From the IMG/VR virus record IMGVR_UViG_3300004094_000049: a stretch of DNA of 37,343 nucleotides; one strand, 5' to 3'. This DNA is from a virus. The translations under genes were made by a program, and so were the position numbers. Shown piece by piece: positions 9,313 to 18,846 of this stretch (positions are counted from its first letter, which is position 1; the number at the start of each line of letters is the position of its first letter). The notes below the pieces were generated by a model, which saw only the letters and a program-made list of their open reading frames with translations, was not told the origin of the DNA and did not search any database.

Positions 9313-10433
9313 CGTGTTAAGCCAAAGCCCCCAAATTTATTGTGAAATTTATTCAATCGTTCTTGCCTTTCTTCTTTGGAAAGCTGAGTAACATTCACCA
9401 TTTGAACTTGTGGCCTGTCTGCTTCATTTAGATTTAGCTGCTGGCGGTACTTGCTAGACAGATTTCCACCATTTAACTCCATGAAATTATTGAATTTCGT
9501 CATGCGTCCACGACTGTAATGATCGCGTGCTTTAGCAGCAGTTCTCATGAAATCCATTCCAAAGGTATCTAAAAGTAAGTTACTGTCGTAGCGACTCATG
9601 CCATTTCGAGCAAAATAACCTAAAATCGTACCTTTCGTGAAGAAGGAGTTATTAAAGTTCTTCTTTAAACGGCCAATACCAATGTTTCGATCTCTTTCAG
9701 TGCCTTCATAATCGTTATTGAGGTACAACAAAGAACTAGCTATCGCTTTTACAGCGCCCTTGTTCGCAATGTAGTCGGCTTCATGGTTGCCTGTGACCTT
9801 GTTAGCCAAAGAATAGTCATCTAAAGTGCTGCAAGAATCGAAGTCGATAGCGTCGGCCTCAATGCTATCAAGCGTATGTGATCGAACCCATTCACAGTCA
9901 ACAGACAGGATGTTCTCGTTATTTTTTATGGTATCGAGAATACCAAGTGCAAACCTTGATTCATTGTTCTTAACCCAGTCTTCACTAGGAATATTTTTCG
10001 CACCGACTTTTTCAATTCGGGCGCTAAAGCTAGCAATATCGTTCTCTAACTTCTCACGATTCTTAAGTTTAGCTATCGTATTGAACGAATCTGTAAAAAT
10101 GGTGACATTACTTTTGTATTGTACATTTTCTAAAGCCTGCTTCATTGCCGTGAATTCAGCTTCCATCGCACTAGCATTCTGCATTCCACCATAACGGTAA
10201 GATTTATGAACGTGTCCATTAAGGTTTTTGTGCTTTTTAACCCAGCCCCAACCAGCGAACGAACGTCCATCTATGCCATTTTCTACGCCCTTTACAGAGC
10301 CATCAGTGAAGATCTCAACGGCCTGGCCCAGTTTATCTAGTCCACCCTCCACAATATTGTGTCGTTGATTTGTTGTCTCTTTACTCGCATCTTTGTAAGC
10401 GTCGCGCACCTCATTAATTGATACTTTTTTCAT
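9309..10433 (-). CDS. RNase HI-family protein with insertions and C-terminal extension
   Basis: IFTDGS, AMEAEFTAM..AL, TIFTDS, EWVRSH, GNHEADYIAN: all catalytic D-E-D-H-D positions present. Confidence 0.85.
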   Translation of the reverse strand: MKKVSINEVRDAYKDASKETTNQRHNIVEGGLDKLGQAVEIFTDGSVKGVENGIDGRSFAGWGWVKKHKNLNGHVHKSYRYGGMQNASAMEAEFTAMKQALENVQYKSNVTIFTDSFNTIAKLKNREKLENDIASFSARIEKVGAKNIPSEDWVKNNESRFALGILDTIKNNENILSVDCEWVRSHTLDSIEADAIDFDSCSTLDDYSLANKVTGNHEADYIANKGAVKAIASSLLYLNNDYEGTERDRNIGIGRLKKNFNNSFFTKGTILGYFARNGMSRYDSNLLLDTFGMDFMRTAAKARDHYSRGRMTKFNNFMELNGGNLSSKYRQQLNLNEADRPQVQMVNVTQLSKEERQERLNKFHNKFGGFGLTR

Positions 10434-10511
10434 TATTATTATCCTATAGGCGTTCCTAGCCTTTATTATATCATGTATAATAATTTATCAACAAATGAAA
10501 GCGAATTAAAC

Positions 10512-10769
10512 ATGGAAAACATTGAATTTGAAATCTCCTTAACTCGAAACAGCGACGTAATCTTAGGTATTCCTGAGCATCTTTTCGATACTTCAAGGCT
10601 AAAGCTAAAACTAACGGAAGACGGTTTCACCTTATCTGATGAGAACACGGCATTACCACTAACAGCTTTGCCCGACGAACTATACCAAAAAATAGTAAAT
10701 TCGAGAAGGATTTATGTTTCCTTTACTGAAAACCAACAGTTGGAGTTGTTACAAGTAGACTCTAACTAA
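10512..10769 (+). CDS. Small acidic hypothetical protein
   Basis: ORF divergent from the RNase H gene; likely start MENIEF at 10512, downstream of a TATAAT. Confidence 0.55.
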   Translation: MENIEFEISLTRNSDVILGIPEHLFDTSRLKLKLTEDGFTLSDENTALPLTALPDELYQKIVNSRRIYVSFTENQQLELLQVDSN

Positions 10770-11098
10770 TTCACAAATTCGATAAGCTTCGGTGGTCTAT
10801 TGAGGAATCGAGTAAAATGTCGCTTTCCTCCATCAATGGCAACTTTTGATAAAAGAGCTTTACGCCAAGCACTTCTCCATCCGTACTTACAGATAGATAC
10901 TAGTTTGGTCTCATTGTCAGTGGTTGTTACTTTGAAATAAGGCATCAACTTGATTGAGCCGTGTGTACAACGCTTTACCAAAACAACCTTTACGCAATCA
11001 ACATAGGTGACTTGGTCACTGCTTTTAAAGGATAGATGACTGATGCGTTGTTCTGAAGGTACTACTGAATTTCCATGATTCATATGAGTAGTTTCCAT
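10766..11098 (-). CDS. Hypothetical basic protein, possible AP2-like DNA-binding motif
   Basis: Likely start METTHM at 11098; VSICKYGWRSAWRKAL resembles the AP2 'fs..kyG...A...A' motif. Confidence 0.45.
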   Translation of the reverse strand: METTHMNHGNSVVPSEQRISHLSFKSSDQVTYVDCVKVVLVKRCTHGSIKLMPYFKVTTTDNETKLVSICKYGWRSAWRKALLSKVAIDGGKRHFTRFLNRPPKLIEFVN

Positions 11099-11146
11099 TA
11101 TTATTTCTCTTATAGGATAATCAATGGAATTATATATAGGATAATA

Positions 11147-11674
11147 ATGACAAGTCAACAGTGCAATTGTATTAACATCGATTCGATTGAATCATCACTA
11201 AATAAACTCGGCATTAAGAGGCCAAAAGGCTTTCACGTTGGGAAGAAGGTTGGCGACAATCTTTGGTTTCATAAGATGTCCATGAGCACCATGCTTACTG
11301 ATGAGGAAATACGAAGAGTTCACTCTATCTGTGAAACTCAAAAGTTCGAATTTGATGTTGTTAGGTTAAGCCTGAAATCTCGGCAGCTATGCCTGATTGA
11401 GTGCCCAGAGTTCTTTGACATCGAAGAGCCAGCAATAGAGAGGTCTCTAGTCATTAATGAACAAGACTTCAAGATCACTAACTCATCCAAGAACAAAATG
11501 ATTTACCATCATAAATGGCAAATGCTTCCACGAAACTATGACACAGAATACCTAATAAAATCTATGCAACGAAGTCTCAAGTGGAAATCAATATTAGGTG
11601 TAGACAGAGCCATTAGCTCTAGAATTGGTAGACAACAATTCTGGGAGCAGTGGTTAAAGGATAACAACGTTTAA
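11147..11674 (+). CDS. Protein resembling the non-catalytic repeat domain of the DNA phosphorothioation-associated putative methyltransferase
   Basis: GKKVGDNLWFH, FDVVRL, LCLIECPEFFDIEEPAIERS, NKMIYHHKW; start 11147 after AGGA. Confidence 0.55.
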   Translation: MTSQQCNCINIDSIESSLNKLGIKRPKGFHVGKKVGDNLWFHKMSMSTMLTDEEIRRVHSICETQKFEFDVVRLSLKSRQLCLIECPEFFDIEEPAIERSLVINEQDFKITNSSKNKMIYHHKWQMLPRNYDTEYLIKSMQRSLKWKSILGVDRAISSRIGRQQFWEQWLKDNNV

Positions 11675-11704
11675 CCTTCATTTAATAATAATAAGAATAA
11701 TAAT

Positions 11705-12220
11705 ATGGAACAGACATTTACCTCGAAGAACACTTCCATCAACAGCAATAAGCTCCCTGTCCTTTTTTCTAAAGCTTCTAAGCTAAATGTATGGACAAAA
11801 GATGCAATCAACTTAGACATTGGTGGAGGAAAGTTTGATAACGTTTCACTCTTTTTGTCTTCCGAGCATAAGGTTACGAATCTAATATATGATCCATTCA
11901 ATCGAAGCGAAGAGCACAATGCCGCCATTATAACAATGGCGAAAGGGGCCAAGGTTGATACCGTCTCCCTTTCTAATGTATTGAATGTTATTGATAGTGA
12001 AAGTGCTCAAGAAGACCTGATCAGGCTCGCAGATGAATGCCTTAAAGAAAACGGTACTCTTATCGTAGCCGTATACGAAGGCGATAGAACAGGTGTTGGT
12101 AGGCAAACAGGTCGAGACCAATGGCAAGAAAATAGAACCATCGACAGTTATTTGTCCATGATAAAAAAATACTTCCCACGAATAACGCTTAAAAACAAAG
12201 TTATTTATGCCTCTAAATAG
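11705..12220 (+). CDS. Class I SAM-dependent methyltransferase
   Basis: NLDIGGGKFD (motif I), IYDPFN, DTVSLSNVLNVID, LKENGTLIVAVY. Confidence 0.85.
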   Translation: MEQTFTSKNTSINSNKLPVLFSKASKLNVWTKDAINLDIGGGKFDNVSLFLSSEHKVTNLIYDPFNRSEEHNAAIITMAKGAKVDTVSLSNVLNVIDSESAQEDLIRLADECLKENGTLIVAVYEGDRTGVGRQTGRDQWQENRTIDSYLSMIKKYFPRITLKNKVIYASK

Positions 12221-12238
12221 CCTTGCCTTTTCAATAAC

Positions 12239-12282
12239 TTGAACTATATTGACCTAAGGTTGGATAATTATTAGGTCAATAT
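12239..12282 (+). promoter_or_regulatory. Putative promoter with a 12-bp perfect inverted repeat overlapping RBS/start of the tus-like gene
   Basis: TTGAAC..GATAAT; ATATTGACCTAA (12246-12257) / TTAGGTCAATAT (12271-12282). Confidence 0.55.
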
Positions 12283-13126
12283 GGAACATTCACTGAAGTA
12301 CACAAGAGTCGTAGAAGCACTTCATGAACTCGAAAGTGCTATTGATGAATTGATTCGCTTAAATGGCGACATGAACATTCACTTACCAGATGTCGATGGG
12401 AAGTCCTCTCCTGTCAACTTGCTTAAAGAGTATTTGACCGACCTTTGGTATCGCGATAGTGATGATGGTCGAAAGACCGTTACTTATACGGGTGTGGTTG
12501 AATGCAATCCCCTCGCACTCCACGCCGCCCAGTTGGTTAATGCTGCAAAAATAAAACTGCAAAAGGAAGTACAATCAATAGGATACCTGTCTCCTGCTGT
12601 AAAGAGAAAGTTCAATAGAGACATGTTTGACTCCAGTTCCTGGAGACCTCACCTTGGCTCCATTGGTCTTGGAAGGATTAATTTAAATCATTGCTACAGA
12701 AAGATCCCAATCCACACAGAACCCGTCAAAGTCATCTCTTATAGCTGGTATGTTAATGGTAAGAGTCTTAAGGTAATTAATCCTAAAAAAGCAGAAGCAT
12801 TATTGGTTAAGCTTTCCAAAAGTGGAATGACGGAAGCTTTAGAGACCCAGATCCAGTTACTGGGTCAGCATCCACACCACATCCCTCTTGTACAGGTGCA
12901 AGAACTCGCACCTCATCTTAAAGCAAATTTATTCAAAGAGGTCAGCGGCCTTCCAAAGACGATGAAGCCAGCATTGCCTATTTTTATTCCTCACTGCGAA
13001 CCTGTCATAAAGTATGAAAAGTCATTAGGTAATGATGAACCTACGAGAAAACAACGTAGTGATAAAGAAATTGAAGATATGCCATTTCTACCTTCAATAA
13101 GGGTTTTTAGAAAAATTGCTAACTAG
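12281..13126 (+). CDS. DNA replication terminus site-binding (Tus/Ter) family protein, non-enteric type
   Basis: DLWYRDSDDGRKT..YTGVV, VNAAK, GRINLNHCYRKIP, SWYVNGKSLK, LVQVQELAPHLKANL, RKQRSD..IE..PFLPSIRV; resembles the Pseudomonas/Halomonas-type proteins annotated this way (from memory). Confidence 0.7.
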   Translation: MEHSLKYTRVVEALHELESAIDELIRLNGDMNIHLPDVDGKSSPVNLLKEYLTDLWYRDSDDGRKTVTYTGVVECNPLALHAAQLVNAAKIKLQKEVQSIGYLSPAVKRKFNRDMFDSSSWRPHLGSIGLGRINLNHCYRKIPIHTEPVKVISYSWYVNGKSLKVINPKKAEALLVKLSKSGMTEALETQIQLLGQHPHHIPLVQVQELAPHLKANLFKEVSGLPKTMKPALPIFIPHCEPVIKYEKSLGNDEPTRKQRSDKEIEDMPFLPSIRVFRKIAN

Positions 13127-13140
13127 GGGCTTCGGCCCCT
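13125..13140 (+). terminator. GC hairpin with UUCG loop after the tus-like gene
   Basis: AGGGGC-TTCG-GCCCCT. Confidence 0.7.
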
Positions 13141-13178
13141 CATTTAATTATTTAGTTTAAATTAATTCTATCACTCTG

Positions 13179-13206
13179 TTGACACCTCTATTTTTTTGAA
13201 TATAAT
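13179..13206 (+). promoter_or_regulatory. Sigma70 promoter of the four-gene AAA operon
   Basis: TTGACA-16 bp-TATAAT; RBS GAGGT at 13272. Confidence 0.75.
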
Positions 13207-13284
13207 AACCTCCAGATTGAGAAAAGGAGATCACGCCTGATTCTCAACATTTAATAATAAGTAATAATAATGAGGTTATAAATC

Positions 13285-14352
13285 ATGTTCGATCTAGAAT
13301 CTGGCATTAAATCGGCTAAAGCTCAAGTGGCTGAAGCATCACAAAAAACACAACAAGTAAGTCTGCAAGATCGCCTATCAGGCTCTGAAGAAGAACTGCT
13401 AACAAGTTACGATCTTGAGTCGGCACAACTTGAAGATGTTCGTAATAACAACGATCATCTAAACCAAAACATGGTTACTATGATCCTTGAGCTAGACGAA
13501 ATCACTCAGTCTATGGGTAGTGATTTCAACACTATGCGTGAAAGCAGCTCAATGGAAAAGTTCGTTGGTATTTTCTCTAAAAACAAATCAAGTCAAATGC
13601 GTGCTGACCGTATCGCAGCAAGCAACATCAACACCAAACTAAACGATCTTATCGTTCAGTCTCGCCAAATTAGTGAAATTCTTAAAGAGCAAGAGCAAGT
13701 TCTTGGTGAACAGCTTTCTAAGGGTAACACTAACCTAGAGCAAACAATCGAAAATCGTAAGTCTACGATTGCTGAGCTAATGAGCGTTGAAGAAGAGATG
13801 TCAACTCTTGACCCTCAAATCATGCAACTTGAGCGTAGCATCGCTGAAGAAGCAGACAAAGGCGTTCGTACTGAGCTTGAAGAGCAACTGACGCAACTTA
13901 ACCAGCGCTTTAATACGCTTCAAGGTGATCAGCAGAAGCTTACTGTACGCTCTCAAACTCTTGAGCGCTACATCGACATGAACAAGACAAATATCGATAG
14001 CTTGAGCAATCAGTTGGTTTCACAAACCACCCTAATTGACAAGCTTGAAACTGATACTGCGCAACGTGTTGTACTTTACGAGCAATACGAACTGTCTCTA
14101 AAAACGGCTGATCAGCAAACAACTGCTCACCGCATCAATGAAATCGGTACAGCAGTTGACTCTAAACAGCAAGAAGGCATGGCATTTATTGGTGCTGCTG
14201 CTCAAAACCGTACCATTGACATGATGGAGAAGCATGAAACTGACATGGCTATGTCTCGTGAGCTAATGGATAAGAAAGCTCGCTCTGACGAACGCTTCAT
14301 GCGCCGTTTTGCTGACGTTATCGACAAGCATAACGCAGGCTCTTACGAATAA
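13285..14352 (+). CDS. Long all-helical coiled-coil protein (TelA-like architecture), first gene of the operon
   Basis: Heptad-rich throughout, nearly Pro-free, amphipathic EKFVGIFSK segment; codon usage looks like that of a highly expressed gene (CGT/GCT/AAC-rich). Confidence 0.75.
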   Translation: MFDLESGIKSAKAQVAEASQKTQQVSLQDRLSGSEEELLTSYDLESAQLEDVRNNNDHLNQNMVTMILELDEITQSMGSDFNTMRESSSMEKFVGIFSKNKSSQMRADRIAASNINTKLNDLIVQSRQISEILKEQEQVLGEQLSKGNTNLEQTIENRKSTIAELMSVEEEMSTLDPQIMQLERSIAEEADKGVRTELEEQLTQLNQRFNTLQGDQQKLTVRSQTLERYIDMNKTNIDSLSNQLVSQTTLIDKLETDTAQRVVLYEQYELSLKTADQQTTAHRINEIGTAVDSKQQEGMAFIGAAAQNRTIDMMEKHETDMAMSRELMDKKARSDERFMRRFADVIDKHNAGSYE

Positions 14353-14365
14353 CCTCGTGATCTTG

Positions 14366-14430
14366 GCCCACTTTCGGGTGGGCTGAATCTTTTTACAAGC
14401 GTCTCATTCTATTGAGGCGTTTATAAAAGG
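14366..14430 (+). terminator. Two intercistronic hairpins after the coiled-coil gene
   Basis: GCCCAC-TTTCGG-GTGGGC, then CTTTTTACAAGCGTCTCA-TTCTAT-TGAGGCGTTTATAAAAGG. Confidence 0.55.
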
Positions 14431-14447
14431 AATAATAAGGACTGGCA

Positions 14448-15557
14448 ATGAGTAACAATTCTGAAGAATACGTAAAACTCACGGTAAATGGCGAGATTAA
14501 AAACTACTTTTCTCGTATGAAAAACGTGCTTAGTTGTCTTGAAAACGTCTTCGATATCGATTCAGCCGATGTGGAGTCATCTGTAGATAACGCAATTATC
14601 CATAACTACCTGCAACAACTGACTAACTCGTTTAAAGCATTAGAGCTTAAAAACTGGTTTGTTGGTATTAGTGACCGCGAAGGCTTAGAGCTTGTTATTG
14701 ATAGTGTTGATAGCGGCTTTCCGCTACGTAAGGACTTCACATTCCTTACCGCTGAGCAAGAAGAATCAGAGCAATTTAGTGGAAAACTACCAAGTACAGA
14801 AGTATTAAAATCGAAGATCGAAAAGCATTTGCTACGTCAAAAAACGTTGCCTCGTTCTTTACAGCAAGATTTGGCGACAAAGCTGTATTTTGATCTTCTT
14901 GAGAATCAGGAACTTTTCCTAAACACAAACGATGTTCAGTACCAATGCATTGGTGAAAATGAGTCTAATGGCAATATTCGATACCTTGCTCATTGGGCCA
15001 ACTACGATATGAAGAAAAATATTCCAAATATCTACATCATGGTTTTTGAATTCTCAGGTGACGAAGTATTTGAAGAAACTTCTGAATATCACTCGATTGG
15101 TAATTACCTAGCCAACAATAGCTATTCGCAAACAATGCTATTAGAGCTTGCTCAAGAAATTGATAAGAACAAATTCATTCACCCTAAGTTGCTCAAACGA
15201 ATTCATGTAGGCCCTATATATAACTCAGGTCTTACTAAGCACAATGACAACATTCAGGACATCCTGGGGCGAATCAAAAATGAAGATGACAACTGGGTTT
15301 TTGCTTGGAGTACTGAAATCTTGCGTTCTAAGGGTCAAGAAAGTGTTAGCACGGGTCTCTTATCAAAACGACAACGTGAAATCTTCATGATCGACAGATA
15401 CTCGGTCGATACCTTTGAGGCTGGTGCCTCAGAAATCATTCAGAGCATGATAATCCCTTATGGTGCCTATCAAGCTCTTGCTGAAAGTAGTGAAAACCCA
15501 CTACACAACATTCAAAAATACGTAATTGACCCAAACGGTAGCGTAATTTACCTGTAA
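14448..15557 (+). CDS. Hypothetical protein, second gene of the AAA operon
   Basis: 369 aa; AAGGA RBS; DSGFP, HWANYD..NIPNIY, HPKLLKRIHVGP motifs. Confidence 0.8.
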   Translation: MSNNSEEYVKLTVNGEIKNYFSRMKNVLSCLENVFDIDSADVESSVDNAIIHNYLQQLTNSFKALELKNWFVGISDREGLELVIDSVDSGFPLRKDFTFLTAEQEESEQFSGKLPSTEVLKSKIEKHLLRQKTLPRSLQQDLATKLYFDLLENQELFLNTNDVQYQCIGENESNGNIRYLAHWANYDMKKNIPNIYIMVFEFSGDEVFEETSEYHSIGNYLANNSYSQTMLLELAQEIDKNKFIHPKLLKRIHVGPIYNSGLTKHNDNIQDILGRIKNEDDNWVFAWSTEILRSKGQESVSTGLLSKRQREIFMIDRYSVDTFEAGASEIIQSMIIPYGAYQALAESSENPLHNIQKYVIDPNGSVIYL

Positions 15558-15582
15558 ATCACATAAGAAGGTTATAAGAATA

Positions 15583-17484
15583 ATGGATAATAAAAATCTT
15601 TTGGAAATCCCAGAAAAGGATGTCTCGGTTCAACTTAACGATGCTCATGCACTGCTAAGTTCATTTGTTCATTCTGAAGCAGTTTCGTTGAATGCTTCAC
15701 CAGAAGAACGCCGTTTCCGACCTCGCTCTGTCGTTGCAGGCTCTGGCGCACAAACAACGACAAAGACCATTAAGGTTATTGACGTAATTAACTCAATCAA
15801 CCCTGACAACCCACTACCGAGTGACATTCAACACCATGTACTAACGACTCTTCAGCGTGGCGTAGCCGTTAGTAACACGATCATGAATCAATTCTCGCGA
15901 ATTTCAGGTCTTAGCCGACTAATCGAAGAAAATCGTGGTGGATACCTTGAAGAAGGTAAGCGATCTATGCTGGCTGAAATGACAAATACATCCGCTGCAA
16001 TTGCAACGCATGTGCTTGCATCTTATGTTGTCTTTAAGCTTGGTAATGACATCTCTCAAGGTGGTGAAGAGGCTTCCATTAAGCCACTAACACTGAATAA
16101 GCCTGGTGATGCAATTAAGTCAGTGCTAACGCAGCTTACTGAAAATGTGGAACAGAAAGTTCACGACGACGAAAAACTTGTAAATATCGTTGTTTCATTC
16201 TTTGAACAAGTGCTAGCAGACATAGCGGTACAAAAAGACAGCTTGAAGCACGGTGAAACCTTCGAAAACTATACGTTTGATGTGGGTTCAGAAGAGTTTA
16301 CTATTACTGGTTTTGAAAAAGTAACTGCGGCTAAGAAAGCTGATCTGGTTATGACTTTCAAAAAGCCAACTGAAGTTATTGGTAACGCGCATGCAAAGCA
16401 GCAGGCAGTGAAACTTGCAAAAATGATCATGTGTTATGACTTTAAAACACAGATGAATCCATTTGCTGAAGCTGGTGGCTTCATGTATACATTTATGGGT
16501 GACGGCAACCCTGGTACGGGTAAGACAACACTGATTCAGATGATTGCAGGTCTCGTGCATGATTACTGTCAAGTTGCACAATATCCATTTTACTACGAGA
16601 ACTTCGGCCCAGACCAAATCTCAGAGTATCAAGGCAAGACAGCACAGAATGTGAAACAATTCGTTCAAAATGTGCAAAATCCAAATGTAATTGGTTTTGG
16701 TACAATTGATGATATCGACCAAATTGCAGGTAAACGTGGTGATAAGCAATCAAGTGCTGGTCAACAAGAAGTAACAGCGGTACTAATGGAAACATTTGCG
16801 GGTGCTAACACGGTAATTCGCGGCAATGCTACTTTTGGTATGTTCTCTAACTTCCCTGAAAATGTAGACGATGCTCTTCGTCAACGTGCAAGCACACGTA
16901 TGTTGATTGATGGCCCACAGACATTTGAAGACTTTGTTGATATTACAGCACTTCTTGTTGGCAAAAACACAACAATTCCACTTGGCAACCATAACCTATT
17001 TGCCACGCAGAACATTCAAGAAGCGGCGGAAAAATCATTTGAAGAGCATAATCTTCCGCAAGAACCAGAGCTTCGCTCTGTGTACGATAAGGTGGTTGCT
17101 CAATACGGCCCAATCAACTCATTTGAAATTATTGGCCGTTACCAAAAAGCCATCAACGAAGCAGATGATCGCTTTACAGGTCGTGCAATTATGAACATTG
17201 CAAACGCAGCAAAAGTTCGTGCTAATGATGTAGATCTGCCTGATGAATGGTTTGAAGACCCTTCTTTGTTCTTGCATAAATCATACGAAGAGAAAAAATC
17301 TATGCTAGAGCAATTTGTGGTGCCGATTACGCCTGAAATGTATCTTCAAGAGCTTAACCGCTATGCAGACTCTGAATTCCGTTACAAAAACAAGAGTCGC
17401 AATGTTGAAATTCAGAACCGTAAAGATCAAATCCTTATGGAAAATGAAGCTCGTAAACTTGCACAAGAAGAATTGCAAAATTAA
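15583..17484 (+). CDS. AAA+ ATPase (classical clade) with long N-terminal domain
   Basis: Walker A GDGNPGTGKTT; pore loop ISEYQG; Walker B FGTIDDID; SRH MFSNFPENVDDALRQR; FTGRAIMNI. Confidence 0.9.
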   Translation: MDNKNLLEIPEKDVSVQLNDAHALLSSFVHSEAVSLNASPEERRFRPRSVVAGSGAQTTTKTIKVIDVINSINPDNPLPSDIQHHVLTTLQRGVAVSNTIMNQFSRISGLSRLIEENRGGYLEEGKRSMLAEMTNTSAAIATHVLASYVVFKLGNDISQGGEEASIKPLTLNKPGDAIKSVLTQLTENVEQKVHDDEKLVNIVVSFFEQVLADIAVQKDSLKHGETFENYTFDVGSEEFTITGFEKVTAAKKADLVMTFKKPTEVIGNAHAKQQAVKLAKMIMCYDFKTQMNPFAEAGGFMYTFMGDGNPGTGKTTLIQMIAGLVHDYCQVAQYPFYYENFGPDQISEYQGKTAQNVKQFVQNVQNPNVIGFGTIDDIDQIAGKRGDKQSSAGQQEVTAVLMETFAGANTVIRGNATFGMFSNFPENVDDALRQRASTRMLIDGPQTFEDFVDITALLVGKNTTIPLGNHNLFATQNIQEAAEKSFEEHNLPQEPELRSVYDKVVAQYGPINSFEIIGRYQKAINEADDRFTGRAIMNIANAAKVRANDVDLPDEWFEDPSLFLHKSYEEKKSMLEQFVVPITPEMYLQELNRYADSEFRYKNKSRNVEIQNRKDQILMENEARKLAQEELQN

Positions 17485-17500
17485 TTTTTTCTCGTATAAT

Positions 17501-17525
17501 AAAGACCTCTTTGGAGGTCTTTTTT
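17501..17525 (+). terminator. Intrinsic terminator/attenuator after the ATPase gene
   Basis: AAAGACCTC-TTTG-GAGGTCTTTTTT. Confidence 0.75.
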
Positions 17526-17547
17526 AATTATAAAAATAAGGATAATC

Positions 17548-18804
17548 ATGATCACCCATCAGAAACTTAAAGATGTTCTATATTCAGAACTACTAGTCAT
17601 TAATACTGAACACATGATCGAACGCTATAATCGAGCACTACTGGGCTTGACTGGAAAAGCAACTAAGTTAACGAGTTTTCATATTGATGGCTCTGGATTT
17701 TCTCCTGAAATTGCAGAAGAATTTGACGATCAGAACTACCTGAACCCCAATGGCGTAAATCGTCAATTTATCCTTCTTGATATCAAGCAAGAATCTCTAC
17801 CATTATTTGAAAGTTTTTTTACTTCAACGGCCCATATTCTTAAGTCGTTTATTAGCGATAATCGCTCTGCATTACTGACACTTACTGCGTTAGATTGTGT
17901 CTATGGTGAACTTGAAAATAATATCTATAAAATTGAAAAAATTGAAGACCTCTTGAGTGTCAAAGAAGTAGAGATTAAGATTGAAACACCTAAAAGGCTG
18001 ATTGAGCAGGCAAAATTACTAAATGGTAAATTGGAAGAACTGCGAAATGCTCCTTCGACTACCTGGCTCGAAGACCAGCCACTTGAAGAAATTATTGATA
18101 TCGCAAAAGAAACAGGCAATATCACACTAAACAAAATCATCCCTGAGCATATGAATTACTCAAAGGACTGGTTCTACACCGATCACTTTGGTGGACTCTA
18201 TGTTTTCACAAGTTCTAAAAAGAATGTCATTATCAATATGGGTGATGAGTTAAATGGATGGTCTCATCCTGATTACAAAATCATCGATGGTAAAGATCAT
18301 AAATCAGTGTACAAATTCCTGCTGAGTAGCAAGTTTATAGAAAAGCTTAAAGGGCAAGAACTACGTGACCAACAAGAAAGCATTAAAAACAAAAAGTTTC
18401 AGGTCATGCTTGATCACCTTTCAACTTCAGAAGGGCTTCATCATCAAGAAATTGACTGGTTTACTATCAAGCAATTCATTTTTGACAACTACAATACACT
18501 ACCTCCAGAGTTTCATGAGCTTTACAAGCTTTCTCAGCAGGTTGAGCGTGAAGAGGCAATACCAACAGACAGCGAAATGCTTTTTTATGTTGCCAAAGTA
18601 AATCGTAAAATTTTGTCCGAACACAGGTCTAACATAGTCAACCATATGCTAGCCAATTTTACGCAACTTAGTTACATGAGGACGTTTACTTATAACCGTT
18701 CGCTATTTATCAAGCAGTTCAATACATGGTCATCAGCCAAGCAAAATTACATTGCTGAATACCTGTCATCTCACTTGTCGTACCTGAACAATTTGAAGCA
18801 CTGA
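17548..18804 (+). CDS. DUF6638-like protein
   Basis: IERYNRAL..LTGKATKLTSFHIDGSGFSPEIAEE..YLNPNGVNRQFILL; FYTDHFGGLYVF; resembles, from memory, the family found beside this AAA ATPase in Rhodobacteraceae. Confidence 0.7.
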   Translation: MITHQKLKDVLYSELLVINTEHMIERYNRALLGLTGKATKLTSFHIDGSGFSPEIAEEFDDQNYLNPNGVNRQFILLDIKQESLPLFESFFTSTAHILKSFISDNRSALLTLTALDCVYGELENNIYKIEKIEDLLSVKEVEIKIETPKRLIEQAKLLNGKLEELRNAPSTTWLEDQPLEEIIDIAKETGNITLNKIIPEHMNYSKDWFYTDHFGGLYVFTSSKKNVIINMGDELNGWSHPDYKIIDGKDHKSVYKFLLSSKFIEKLKGQELRDQQESIKNKKFQVMLDHLSTSEGLHHQEIDWFTIKQFIFDNYNTLPPEFHELYKLSQQVEREEAIPTDSEMLFYVAKVNRKILSEHRSNIVNHMLANFTQLSYMRTFTYNRSLFIKQFNTWSSAKQNYIAEYLSSHLSYLNNLKH

Positions 18805-18846
18805 CCTATCATTTAAAATTAGATATAAAAAACAGTATCTTATACG

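Noticed and set aside
10460-10490. Palindrome TTATTATA-TCATG-TATAATAA
   Set aside because: Simply explained by back-to-back -10 boxes of divergent promoters, so not counted among the hairpin promoters.
11675-13284. AATAATAA repeats before many start codons (e.g. 11684-11704, 13253-13270) as a repeat array or CRISPR
   Set aside because: Short, irregular A-rich translation-initiation regions with no constant repeat-spacer periodicity.
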